From the IMG/VR virus record IMGVR_UViG_3300036985_003137, positions 1 through 60,725 of that record: a stretch of 60,725 nt of DNA; one strand, 5' to 3'. Made by a program: the position numbers and the translations under genes. Numbering within the stretch: the first letter of the stretch is position 1; each line of letters starts with the position of its first letter. Shown here piece by piece: positions 46,746-56,440 of this stretch. This stretch comes from a virus. Taxonomy: Duplodnaviria > Caudoviricetes. The notes below the pieces were generated by a model, which saw nothing but the letters and a program-made list of their open reading frames with translations, did not search any database and was not told the DNA's origin.

Positions 46746-47952
46746 AGCGGTGGATGCATTCCATATGTTTATGTTTGATCCAGATGAGCCAGTATTTATC
46801 CTACAAGGGTATTCTGGGACAGGTAAAAGTACTGTTATTAAAGAGATGATTAATAGTATCCCAGGTTTAACTAACTGGGCAGAAGTAGTCAATCCAGAGA
46901 TTAATGGGTATACCGTTCATTTAACAGCTACAACGAACAAAGCAGCAGAAAACTTTAGCGAAATCACTAAGAGACCTGTTAAAACAATTCATTCGTTTTT
47001 AGGTCTTTTGGTTAGAACAGATTACAAAACAGGAGTCACAACACTCGTTCCTAAAAATAACGAAGTACATGAAAACTGTTTAGTATTTATTGATGAAGCC
47101 AGCTTCATTGATTCAAAACTATTAGGGCTTATCTTCACGAAAGTCCGAAATAGCAAAGTGGTATTTATTGGTGATCCAAACCAGTTAATACAAGTTAAAT
47201 CACACAATGCCCCTGTGTTTGAAATGAATAGTCCTAGGGCATGTTTAACTAAGGTAGTTAGACAAGCTGAAGGAAATCCTATTATTGACTTATCAGCTCA
47301 GTTCTGTGAGACAGTTAATACTGGGGAATTCTTTCAGTTCAAACCAGATGGACATCACATTGTTAAACTAACACGTGAAGAATTTGACGCAAAGATCTTA
47401 GCAGAGTTTTGCCGAGATTCTTGGCGATTCACTGATTCTAAGATACTTGCATGGACCAATAAGCGAGCAATTGCTTACAACAATTTAGTGATAAACAATG
47501 TCACTGGGGATCCGAAATTCTATGCAGGCGATTATGTTATTTGTAATTCATATTTTTCAATTAATGGTAGAAGCTTTAAAACTGATGAAATGGTTTACAT
47601 CTCAAATGTTGAAGAGCAAGTTACTGACTGTGGGGTAATAGGATCTAGGTATCAGATTGATGGTCACCGAGTTTTTATGCCTACACACTTGGACGATAAA
47701 AAGAATCGAATCAAGAAAGCGAAAGACGAGGATGATATTACAACTGTTGCTTATATTGCTCAAACTTGGATAGACCTTCGTGCTGTATACGGAAGCACTG
47801 TTGCGAAGAGTCAAGGTAGCACATATGATAGTGTGTTTATTGATTTAGATGATATAGCTAAGTGTAATAATGGAAACGCTATTGCACGTATGTTATATGT
47901 GGCTGTATCCCGTGCTAGACACCATGTCTATCTTACTGGGGATTTTTGTTAA
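46711..47952 (+). CDS. SF1B Dda/RecD-like DNA helicase
   Basis: GYSGTGKS, FIDEAS, GDPNQL, VVRQ, KSQGSTY, YVAVSRA. Confidence 0.92.
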   Translation: MTQVILTKDQTEAVDAFHMFMFDPDEPVFILQGYSGTGKSTVIKEMINSIPGLTNWAEVVNPEINGYTVHLTATTNKAAENFSEITKRPVKTIHSFLGLLVRTDYKTGVTTLVPKNNEVHENCLVFIDEASFIDSKLLGLIFTKVRNSKVVFIGDPNQLIQVKSHNAPVFEMNSPRACLTKVVRQAEGNPIIDLSAQFCETVNTGEFFQFKPDGHHIVKLTREEFDAKILAEFCRDSWRFTDSKILAWTNKRAIAYNNLVINNVTGDPKFYAGDYVICNSYFSINGRSFKTDEMVYISNVEEQVTDCGVIGSRYQIDGHRVFMPTHLDDKKNRIKKAKDEDDITTVAYIAQTWIDLRAVYGSTVAKSQGSTYDSVFIDLDDIAKCNNGNAIARMLYVAVSRARHHVYLTGDFC

Positions 47953-47967
47953 CTCTTAGGAAATTCT

Positions 47968-50556
47968 ATGCGTCACATCATTTTTGATGAATCATATGAA
48001 GGACCTTATCAAATTGCCCTGCTCATTAAGAGTGGGGCTTTTGTTAAGCCTGACCTCATAAAATATTATATATCCCCATTAAAATCATATGGATTGCCAG
48101 CTAATAATGTAATAGCAATGACATTAGATTATAACGAAGATGGGAAAGCACCTGCATCTTTTATTAAAGCGTATATTCAAAAACTATTACAGGCATTAGA
48201 TTCAGTAGGATCAACTACATTATATGTAGCCGATGGTAGCTACTTTAAAATCCTAGCAGGAAAACCTAAAGCGGATATACATACTGGATATATCCTACCT
48301 TGTGTTATTAAAGGCTATACTCACATGTCAGTTGTGTATGGCATCAATCACTCTGCTCTTATATATAATCCAGACCTTCACTCTAAATTAGAAGCAGGAT
48401 TAAAAGCAATTGCTGATGCAAATCAAAATTCTTATATTGAACCAGGTAGTAATATTATTCATTCTGAATATTACCCAAGTTCATTAGAAGATATTCAAAT
48501 AGCACTAAATCAACTACATCAACACCCTAGTCTTGCCTGTGATATTGAAACCTTCAGCTTGAGATTTAATGAAGCAGGTATTGGTTCTATTGCATTTGCT
48601 TGGGATGAACATAATGGTATTGCCTTTGCTGTAGATTGCTTAGATGGACAGAGATTAGATAATCCACTTATTCATAGCATGCTAAAAGAGTTCTTTGAGT
48701 CTTATCAAGGTGAACTCACATACCACAACTCTGCGTTTGATGTAAAAGTTCTTATATATATGCTGTGGATGAATAGTCTATTAGATACTGAAGGTTTATT
48801 AACTGGCTTAGATGTTATGACCAAACGTATGCACGATACAAAGATCATTGCGTATTTGGCTACAAACTCAACCGCAGGCAATCATTTAGGATTAAAGCAC
48901 CTTGCACATGAATTTGCAGGTAACTGGGCTGTAGAGGACATTAAGGACATCAGAAAGATACCTATAGATAAATTGCTTCAATATAACTTAGTAGATGCTC
49001 TATCAACAATCTTTGTTAAGAATAAGTATGAGCCAATTATGATCCAAGATAACCAGTTAGATTTATATTCTGGTTTGATGTTAGATAGTCTTAAAGTTAT
49101 TATTCAGTTAGAATTAACTGGTATGCCTATGTCAGCTAGTAAAGTGAGCAAGGCTAAAGAAAAACTTGTAGGAATACAAGAAGACCTCTTAAACCAGATT
49201 CATTCCAATACGAGTGTATTAGAGCTAAATTCATTGCTTCAAAAAAAAGCTATGGACGCTGCTAATGCAAAACTAAAAACTAAACAACACCCCCTGGAGA
49301 AATATGCTGCCATATGTTTTAACCCTAATTCTAATCAACACCTTCAAGACCTCTTATACAGCACCCTTAAATTGCCTGTTATTGATTTTACTGATTCTAA
49401 ACAGCCTGCCACTGGAGTAGGAACTGTTGAAAAATTAATTCATCATGCTATAGAGCAAAACCAGAAGGATTTACTCGAAGTATTAATCGGGTATTCTAAA
49501 GTCACAAAGATTCTTGCTGCATTTATTCCCTCATTCGAAGCTGCTATTAGTAAAGATGATTCAGATACTGTATGGCTTCATGGTTCGTTTAACCTAGGTG
49601 GCACTGTATCTGGAAGACTATCAAGTTCAAAACCAAATCTACAACAGCTTCCTGCTACATCTACATATGGTAAAACAATCAAAGAGTGTTTTGTTGCCAG
49701 AGAAGGATGGGTAATGGCAGGAGCTGACTTTAATTCCTTAGAAGATATGATCTCAGCCTTATCTACTAAAGACTCTAATAAGCTAAAAGTATACACAGAT
49801 TCTTATGATGGTCACTGTCTAAGAGCATTCTCATATTTTAGAGATAAATGTCCTGATATTATAGATACTGTTGAGTCTATCAATTCAATGAAGCAGAAGT
49901 ATCCAGAATTAAGACAAGACTCTAAAGGTCCTACCTTTGCCCTTACTTATCAAGGTACATGGCATACACTGGTTAATAACCTAGGGTTTGATCCAGATGT
50001 AGCTAAAGGCATTGAAGCTAACTACCACGAGCTATATAAAGAGTCTGATGAGTATATCCAGAGTCGTTTAGAGCAAGCCAGCAAAGATGGATATGTTGAT
50101 GTAGCCTTTGGTTTAAGAGTAAGAACACCCTTATTAGGTCAGACTATCTTTGGTGGACCTAAGATGCCTTATGAGGCTGCAGCTGAAGGACGTACTGCTG
50201 GTAATGCTATGGGACAAAGTTTTGGTCTTCTCAATAACAGAGCTGTCTGTGAGTTTATGCAGAAGGTATGGAATTCCCCTTATAGATTAAAAGTGTTACC
50301 TATTGCCCTTATTCATGATGCTATTTATTTACTTATAAAAGATGAACTTAGTGTAGTTACATGGGTTAATCAAGAATTAATTAAATGTATGCAATGGCAA
50401 GAGTTACCTGAAATCACTCATGATAGTGTTAAACTAGGGGCCGAATTGGATGTGTACTATCAGGGATGGCATCAAGCAATCACAATCCCCAATAATGCAA
50501 CAGGCCAAGAAATCAAGGGGATAGCCCGAAAGGGTAAAGCATCTTTTAATAAATGA
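47968..50556 (+). CDS. family A DNA polymerase (N4 gp39-like)
   Basis: Exo DIET, HNSAFD, YNLVD; TVSGRLSS, motif A DFNSLE, motif B RQDSKGPTFALTYQG, motif C IHDA. Confidence 0.95.
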   Translation: MRHIIFDESYEGPYQIALLIKSGAFVKPDLIKYYISPLKSYGLPANNVIAMTLDYNEDGKAPASFIKAYIQKLLQALDSVGSTTLYVADGSYFKILAGKPKADIHTGYILPCVIKGYTHMSVVYGINHSALIYNPDLHSKLEAGLKAIADANQNSYIEPGSNIIHSEYYPSSLEDIQIALNQLHQHPSLACDIETFSLRFNEAGIGSIAFAWDEHNGIAFAVDCLDGQRLDNPLIHSMLKEFFESYQGELTYHNSAFDVKVLIYMLWMNSLLDTEGLLTGLDVMTKRMHDTKIIAYLATNSTAGNHLGLKHLAHEFAGNWAVEDIKDIRKIPIDKLLQYNLVDALSTIFVKNKYEPIMIQDNQLDLYSGLMLDSLKVIIQLELTGMPMSASKVSKAKEKLVGIQEDLLNQIHSNTSVLELNSLLQKKAMDAANAKLKTKQHPLEKYAAICFNPNSNQHLQDLLYSTLKLPVIDFTDSKQPATGVGTVEKLIHHAIEQNQKDLLEVLIGYSKVTKILAAFIPSFEAAISKDDSDTVWLHGSFNLGGTVSGRLSSSKPNLQQLPATSTYGKTIKECFVAREGWVMAGADFNSLEDMISALSTKDSNKLKVYTDSYDGHCLRAFSYFRDKCPDIIDTVESINSMKQKYPELRQDSKGPTFALTYQGTWHTLVNNLGFDPDVAKGIEANYHELYKESDEYIQSRLEQASKDGYVDVAFGLRVRTPLLGQTIFGGPKMPYEAAAEGRTAGNAMGQSFGLLNNRAVCEFMQKVWNSPYRLKVLPIALIHDAIYLLIKDELSVVTWVNQELIKCMQWQELPEITHDSVKLGAELDVYYQGWHQAITIPNNATGQEIKGIARKGKASFNK

Positions 50557-50563
50557 GAAGAAT

Positions 50564-50785
50564 ATGTTATACGCAGATACCTTGGATCTATCAGCTGCTC
50601 GAGCTCAAGCAGAGATTGACAGAGCAGTTGTAGAGATTCAGAAAAAAGCACAGTACAGCATTATTGGTACAGGTACATGTGAGTGTTGTAAAGCTATTGT
50701 AGAACCTGTCTGGATTAATAATCAGACAGAGAAAGTAGTAGGAAGATGGTGCTCAGTTGAGTGTAGAGACCATGTAGAAGATTAA
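50564..50785 (+). CDS. TraR/DksA-like C4 Zn-finger protein
   Basis: N-terminal DTLDLS helix; CECC...RWCSVEC. Confidence 0.6.
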   Translation: MLYADTLDLSAARAQAEIDRAVVEIQKKAQYSIIGTGTCECCKAIVEPVWINNQTEKVVGRWCSVECRDHVED

Positions 50786-50803
50786 CAAATGTAGGAGATA
50801 TGT

Positions 50804-51121
50804 ATGGGTAGAATTAAACAAGCAATAATGTGGTTAGAAGAAAATGGGTATGAAGCTTCAGATGAAAACCTGAAGTTTGTTCCAATTGATACAGAGTTTA
50901 AAGCTTCTCACGATATGATTAAAACGCATAAAGTTGGAGATGATACTACTGGGGCATGGTGGACAAGATCATGGTCATATGATGCAGATACAGGCAATTG
51001 GATTGTATTAGTTAGATCTGCTTCTATGCCCTGTAGGGTTCAATTTATATCTTCAGATAAGTTTGTTGCCTTAGCCGAGTCTAAAGCTTATATCGATTAT
51101 AAATCTAAGGCACATGATTGA
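50804..51121 (+). CDS. hypothetical protein
   Basis: AGGAG RBS; 105 aa. Confidence 0.65.
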   Translation: MGRIKQAIMWLEENGYEASDENLKFVPIDTEFKASHDMIKTHKVGDDTTGAWWTRSWSYDADTGNWIVLVRSASMPCRVQFISSDKFVALAESKAYIDYKSKAHD

Positions 51122-51458
51122 GTTAGGTTGTCTTGCATTAGTTATGTACATGGAGTCTAGTATTAGTTCAGTTACAACCCAAGCATATGTTGCTAGTGTT
51201 GTTATTGAGAGAGCTAAACAAGATAAACAAACTATATGTAAGAATATTCATAGGCCAATAAGCTATTCATGGATGTTTGACGGCAAGAACACAAAAGTAG
51301 ATCAATTATTCTTACACCAAAAATTATACCCTATAGCCTTAGCTCAATTAAAAAAGCCAAGACTAGTAGGGTATTATTATTTTAACGAGTGTAGGCTTGG
51401 AAAGAGATTCAAAACCAAGAATAAAATGATTAGGTCAGATACTATGTGTTTCTACTAA
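51114..51458 (+). CDS. SleB/Hydrolase_2-like cell wall hydrolase
   Basis: CLALVMYMES...VASVVIER...IC..I....YSW...CFY. Confidence 0.65.
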   Translation: MIELGCLALVMYMESSISSVTTQAYVASVVIERAKQDKQTICKNIHRPISYSWMFDGKNTKVDQLFLHQKLYPIALAQLKKPRLVGYYYFNECRLGKRFKTKNKMIRSDTMCFY

Positions 51459-51460
51459 AT

Positions 51461-51491
51461 AAAAGAGGCATTTAATATGCCTCTTACTTTT
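51461..51491. terminator. bidirectional terminator at convergent junction
   Basis: AAGAGGCAT-TTAAT-ATGCCTCTT flanked by A- and T-tracts. Confidence 0.8.
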
Positions 51492-51940
51492 TATGGTTTT
51501 AAAAATAATTGTGCTTCAGCGGCACGTCGTCGAGTTAAGCCAGCAAGTGAATTGCCACCCGCTTTGTCCCAGCGTAGAAATTGGTGGGATATTTCACCTT
51601 TAGATACACCTGCATTAAACAGTTTAACCAGTGTTGACGTAGCAAATCCAGTTGTACCAATGTTATAGCAAAGACAAACTAATGCGTCGAATTCGTTTTG
51701 CGTCATTGGTGGATGAATTGCTGTATTAACCGTGTGCGTAAATGTCGCTAGTGTTGCTTTTAACAGTTCATCTGCTTCCGATTCATCGCGTAGTTTGTCG
51801 CCTTCTTTAACTTTTGAACCGTTAGCGTAGCGTGTTGAACCAATGCCGATAGTCCACACACCTGCAGGGCACTTGTAAGCGTTCAACTTACAGCCTTCAA
51901 ATTCTTTAATTAACGCAATACCTTCTTTGCCTATAATCAT
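51491..51940 (-). CDS. endolysin, GH24 lysozyme
   Basis: IKEFEG...YKCPAGVWTIGIG, QNEFDALV...YNIG, GLTRRRAAE. Confidence 0.93.
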   Translation of the reverse strand: MIIGKEGIALIKEFEGCKLNAYKCPAGVWTIGIGSTRYANGSKVKEGDKLRDESEADELLKATLATFTHTVNTAIHPPMTQNEFDALVCLCYNIGTTGFATSTLVKLFNAGVSKGEISHQFLRWDKAGGNSLAGLTRRRAAEAQLFLKP

Positions 51941-52179
51941 TTTTTTGCTCTCATAAGTAGTATCGTTGTTAGCTTCTGGCTTAGTCGTATCATATCGCCG
52001 TCCAGTGTTCGGACTTGATCTATTAAATCTATTAACACATTGTGTGCTTCTTCGAGTATTGGCTTAACAATTGTTGTTGCCCACAACCACACAAAATAGG
52101 CGATATAACCCATGCCACCTGCTGCGATGATAGGAAAACCATATTGATTGATATACTTTGCAATCGCATCAAATTCCAT
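51937..52179 (-). CDS. holin-like protein
   Basis: GFPIIAA TM then coiled coil; adjacent to endolysin. Confidence 0.6.
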   Translation of the reverse strand: MEFDAIAKYINQYGFPIIAAGGMGYIAYFVWLWATTIVKPILEEAHNVLIDLIDQVRTLDGDMIRLSQKLTTILLMRAKK

Positions 52180-52411
52180 CTTTCTTACTCGGTAACTCTA
52201 ACGCTTCGGATAATAGCGCATCAATCTTTAAAATATCTTGTGACATTGACGTTACGCGCTCATCTAACTGCTTGATAATTACAATTAACCCTTTGACTTT
52301 TTCGAGTACCGATTCAAGTAGAAACTTTTGAGTTAAGTAAACAAAGTACATACCGACGCAAGCTGCCGCAATGGGGAAACCTACGTCAGAAACAAATACC
52401 AGTAATTCCAT
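52169..52411 (-). CDS. holin-like protein, paralogue of 51937
   Basis: GFPIAAA TM then coiled coil. Confidence 0.6.
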   Translation of the reverse strand: MELLVFVSDVGFPIAAACVGMYFVYLTQKFLLESVLEKVKGLIVIIKQLDERVTSMSQDILKIDALLSEALELPSKKDGI

Positions 52412-52422
52412 AGTTTATAGAT

Positions 52423-52602
52423 TTAAAACGTCATACCAATAGAGACATACTGTTTGTCAGCAAATTCAGGTAACTCTGAAATTGTACCCAGAATTCCAGT
52501 TTCAGAATCAAAGTATTTTTGTACCACAATACTGGCTTTTTCTTCTTCTGTTAATCCTTCATAAAAATATAAAGCATTTGGCATTTTATCTGTTATTTTC
52601 AT
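52423..52602 (-). CDS. 59-aa hypothetical protein (not in ORF track)
   Basis: GGAG RBS; MKITDKMPNALYFYEG...IGMTF fills the gap. Confidence 0.6.
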   Translation of the reverse strand: MKITDKMPNALYFYEGLTEEEKASIVVQKYFDSETGILGTISELPEFADKQYVSIGMTF

Positions 52603-52603
52603 A

Positions 52604-53329
52604 TTAACTCCAAAATTGAATAAGTTGTGTTTGTGTTATGCCAGTTCTATTGGCAGAAATTCCTGAATATCTAAGCTGTGAAATATCTGAAATTATCGTA
52701 CTTGCTTTAATAGTGTATATTCTATTAGTAGAGATACTTGTACCTAAAGTAAATATAGTAGCATCCTGTAAGTATAAGATACTACTAATAGATGGTGTAG
52801 AAATCCCTGAATACTTAACCCGTAAAACATCTGTAACTTGATTATTTACTATAGCTGTGAATGGTTTAGCTGATTTTATTCCAGAAATTCTACTTAGTAA
52901 AACATCTGAAATTATCATACTTACTATAGCTGTATTAATTCTATTAGTAGACAATCCTGTACCCATATTAAATACAGAAGCATCCTGTAAGTATAAGGTA
53001 CTACTAATAGGTACTGATTTTACATCTGAATATCTAACCCATAAAACATCTGTAACTAATTTACTTACTATAGTTGCAAATGGTTTAACTGCTTTTATTC
53101 CTGAATATCTAATACGTGATATATCTGTAACTAGATTACTTACTGTAGCTGTACTGATTCTAGTAGTAGAGATGCTTGTACCCATATTAAATACAGAAGC
53201 ATTCGTAAATTTAACACTATTTACTTTTGCTGGGGCAACTGGAGAGATTCCCCGAGCTGAGGAAGTAATTACATTACCTCCTCTAGGAAACCCAAAAATG
53301 TATCCAGTTACCTCAACAATGGTAATCAT
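52604..53329 (-). CDS. beta-rich repeat protein, probably tail-associated
   Basis: Ser/Thr/Ile-rich; 73-aa repeats; ends QFWS. Confidence 0.65.
   Translation of the reverse strand: MITIVEVTGYIFGFPRGGNVITSSARGISPVAPAKVNSVKFTNASVFNMGTSISTTRISTATVSNLVTDISRIRYSGIKAVKPFATIVSKLVTDVLWVRYSDVKSVPISSTLYLQDASVFNMGTGLSTNRINTAIVSMIISDVLLSRISGIKSAKPFTAIVNNQVTDVLRVKYSGISTPSISSILYLQDATIFTLGTSISTNRIYTIKASTIISDISQLRYSGISANRTGITQTQLIQFWS
52650..53205 (-). repeat. 219-bp (73-aa) tandem repeat, ~2.5 copies
   Basis: Equivalent positions at 53181, 52962 and 52743 (ASVFNMGT, ASVFNMGT, ATIFTLGT). Confidence 0.85.
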
Positions 53330-55530
53330 GCTGGAATTGCTACCTGACCAAGTGAAATTGTTCCAGTAGGATTACCACCTACTGTAATTCCACCATTAAC
53401 ATTACTATATACCTTCAATCCAGTATCAACTGATACATAGATACGAGAACCATCAAAGAATGCCAAGGAGTTTGTAGTAGCAAACGTATTTGTCGACCCT
53501 TGGTCAAGCATCATCACAGAGGCAGTTAGTGTAGTAGTAGCATTTTTGCCTACTGATGTAATAAACCAGTTATTAGCTACTGCTGAATTCTTAGGTATCA
53601 TAACCAATGACCCTTGACACTTAAACGCAGTTAATGCTGTATTAGCAGTCAATGCTGAAGCAGTACCAACACTTTGTGTACTAATTAAAGCACCGGTTCT
53701 TAAATTGAACTGTGATTGATAAATAGTCCCACTTGTTATCGCTTGCCAAGAAATAGCGGTATTTCCATCTAAAACTTGTGTGTTTACATTAGCTGGAATA
53801 CCTGCTGTTTGTAACCCTGTTAATAACGTAGGTGTACCGCCAGCAAATGGGATTTTGATAATTCTAAATGAAGCTGCCGCTACAGGAATAGGTGTAGCTA
53901 AGAAATTTCCTTCAAAATCTGGTTTAATATCACGAATAATTTGCACTTCAGCTGAAGGTAATGCTGGGCAAGTTACAGTAGGAATAGTCGCTGCGGTAAT
54001 AGCTGTTACCGTACCTGTTGATGCTTGTGAGTTGAAGCGGTAGAAGATAGGTGTATTTGATGCGGTAATGGGTGAACAAATAACTGTACCACCATTGATA
54101 CCAAGCGAACTATATCCAACTGAGCTAAATGTTACGAGGGTACTATCATCTGCTGTATCTAATCTTGATAATGATATTCCCACTACGCTTGAAGTGAAAT
54201 ACACATAACGCTCACCATCAAATTCAATATCCGAATAGCCGCCGCCTGTAGCAACAGTACTTACTGTTTTTGTGTCCAGTCTAAATCTTACAACTGAACC
54301 GCCACCAGCCAAAATAGCATAAATTGATACACCGGTATAACAAATGGATTCTGGACGAGCACCCAACGAAAATATCTCACTAGTCCATGATGTATTAGCA
54401 AACCATGAGGTATTATCAGTAGATGCTGTCTTATGATGATTATTTAATAACCAATGTGGTCTATCCGTACCATTGCCAGCTGCATTACCATCACTATCAC
54501 ATGGGATTGTGATTTTGTTCATGTTTTGACCAATTGGAGCTAACACTTTTAAACCAAAGATTTGACCATAGTTAGTAATTGTACCAGCGTAGTCAGAGAT
54601 AGGTTTTACAGGCAGAGTTAATCTGCGTGTAGAGTCCCAACCATTGGAAATAAACTTATTTGCACTGTTTCCTAGATACCAAATAAATGCGTTTACTGTA
54701 GTGGCTAACCAGTTTGGCATAAATGTAGCACCATAATCACCACCCCATCCTTTGGCAGCATTTATACCTGAATAACCTTGTCTAGTTTTCGGCATAGAGA
54801 TTAGAGGATAATCACCTCCGTTTAGTGGTTTACCTGAACCGCCTGCCGTTGCTGCGCCAAGACACCATAGGGTTGATGACACCCAACCGAAGCAAGGATA
54901 ATTAGCAGCCGCTGTATCCATAACATCTTCACGAGCAGTTTCAAAAATACCTGCCCACAAAGAAGATTCATTGTTTATATATGAATGTAGGACACCCCAG
55001 CGTGGAGCAAAGTTAATAATAAAATCACATGATGTTAAGTTAAATCCAATTGGTGCAGAATCCATATAGGTATAGGCTTCATTCACACCAGTATGGCTAG
55101 TAACTGCGGCAGGTGTTGCTAAGTTGTAGTTAGCGGGGCTATCCCAGTATTCAACACATGAAATGTTAACAGTTAGTCGTTTTAAGTTATATCGAATTAC
55201 TGCGTTTTTATAAGTCACAGCGTCTTTATTGATACATCTAAAGACCTGAGTATAAATTGGTGACTGTGTTCCAGAGGTATTATCTTGACCACCCCAGAAT
55301 GAATCAAATAATATCCAACCACTATCTGTCTGTGGCGTAACCCCAGATGCAGCTGTGAATGTAACCCCACCTAGCGCACCAGCTTGCCCAACAGTAGTGT
55401 CTGTGATTGCGTCAGCAATAGTGTTGGCAAAAGTCATAAAAGGAGTTAGTGAACCAGCCCCTGAAGTTGGTGTAAATTGAGTTGATACTTGTATCGTGGA
55501 TTGCCCAATATATTTTGCGGTAATTGTCAT
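53326..55530 (-). CDS. tail fibre/receptor-binding protein with probable beta-propeller
   Basis: 734 aa, Thr/Gly/Ser-rich; DIEFDGERYVY and FFDGSRIY blade motifs. Confidence 0.6.
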   Translation of the reverse strand: MTITAKYIGQSTIQVSTQFTPTSGAGSLTPFMTFANTIADAITDTTVGQAGALGGVTFTAASGVTPQTDSGWILFDSFWGGQDNTSGTQSPIYTQVFRCINKDAVTYKNAVIRYNLKRLTVNISCVEYWDSPANYNLATPAAVTSHTGVNEAYTYMDSAPIGFNLTSCDFIINFAPRWGVLHSYINNESSLWAGIFETAREDVMDTAAANYPCFGWVSSTLWCLGAATAGGSGKPLNGGDYPLISMPKTRQGYSGINAAKGWGGDYGATFMPNWLATTVNAFIWYLGNSANKFISNGWDSTRRLTLPVKPISDYAGTITNYGQIFGLKVLAPIGQNMNKITIPCDSDGNAAGNGTDRPHWLLNNHHKTASTDNTSWFANTSWTSEIFSLGARPESICYTGVSIYAILAGGGSVVRFRLDTKTVSTVATGGGYSDIEFDGERYVYFTSSVVGISLSRLDTADDSTLVTFSSVGYSSLGINGGTVICSPITASNTPIFYRFNSQASTGTVTAITAATIPTVTCPALPSAEVQIIRDIKPDFEGNFLATPIPVAAASFRIIKIPFAGGTPTLLTGLQTAGIPANVNTQVLDGNTAISWQAITSGTIYQSQFNLRTGALISTQSVGTASALTANTALTAFKCQGSLVMIPKNSAVANNWFITSVGKNATTTLTASVMMLDQGSTNTFATTNSLAFFDGSRIYVSVDTGLKVYSNVNGGITVGGNPTGTISLGQVAIPA

Positions 55531-55925
55531 GAATTATATTCCAATGTTAATGTTAAGTTTTCTCCACCCGTAGTCAACAAATCCACAGTCATAAAATCAG
55601 TTGGGGACATTGATAAGCTAAAGGTCTCAGTTATTGATTTGTAAGAATTAGCAGGTAAAGTAATCATCTCAACCATGACTGCGTTTATATTTATTTGAAG
55701 TATGACATCATAAGCAGACCTTGCGCCTATGCTTATAAAACCAGTTGTAATGTTAATTGCTGCTGAAGGATACCATCTGATTATGCCTAATGTTGGTATT
55801 AGGTTTCCAAATAAGTTAAACAATCTGGACGTTTTAACAGATGCCCCAGCTGCGCCAGTTTCATCGCCGAAAGGCAACTCTCTTATTGCTCCATCAATAA
55901 TAACTAACGGTCTTCTTATTGCCAT
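55527..55925 (-). CDS. virion structural protein
   Basis: MAIRRPLVIIDG..RELP.GD start common in phage fibre modules. Confidence 0.6.
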   Translation of the reverse strand: MAIRRPLVIIDGAIRELPFGDETGAAGASVKTSRLFNLFGNLIPTLGIIRWYPSAAINITTGFISIGARSAYDVILQININAVMVEMITLPANSYKSITETFSLSMSPTDFMTVDLLTTGGENLTLTLEYNS

Positions 55926-55926
55926 T

Positions 55927-56439
55927 TTAGGCTAATACAATAGAGGGAAGAGATTGAAAGTTCAGGTTAGTTGCTGAGGTAGCAAATCCAACTACTTGAA
56001 CAATATTACCTGATGTACTTGGTGCTGTTGTAGTTGCTGTACCTGCTGTAGTAGCTAAGAATTGCTTGCCAGGAGTTAAACCTGTTACAGCCGTATTATT
56101 ACCTTCAAAGTAAACTACAGCGTTAGTAGCAGCGGTAAACGCAGACAACACAAAACCATTAGCCTCTTTACCTACGACTGTTGCATCTGCTTTTCTTACA
56201 TTAGCTACACCTACGTTACTCCAGATATTAACTAAGTTGCCCGCTGATAGGTTTTCTGACGCAAGAACACTTGCTGTATCAGCACCAATACCTGAAGGCA
56301 TGAAGGATTGGTCTAATTGACCAGATGCGTTTAATACAGGAACTTTATCCGCATCAGTTGCACCAGTTGATGTTTGAATCCCTATAACTACTTCTGTAAT
56401 TTGTCCCGCAATAGTTTTTAAAAACTTTGGAATTGCCAT
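55927..56439 (-). CDS. capsid cement/decoration-like protein
   Basis: ASENLSAGNLVN...RKADA...ANGFVL...GLTPG.QFL...G...QVVGFA. Confidence 0.6.
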   Translation of the reverse strand: MAIPKFLKTIAGQITEVVIGIQTSTGATDADKVPVLNASGQLDQSFMPSGIGADTASVLASENLSAGNLVNIWSNVGVANVRKADATVVGKEANGFVLSAFTAATNAVVYFEGNNTAVTGLTPGKQFLATTAGTATTTAPSTSGNIVQVVGFATSATNLNFQSLPSIVLA

Positions 56440-56440
56440 T

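Noticed and set aside
52650-53205. DGR TR/VR pair near tail genes
   Set aside because: Tandem in-frame copies, differences not confined to adenines, no reverse transcriptase
52638-53369. Plus-strand ORFs over the repeat gene
   Set aside because: Antisense frames kept open by the repeat; the operon runs on the minus strand
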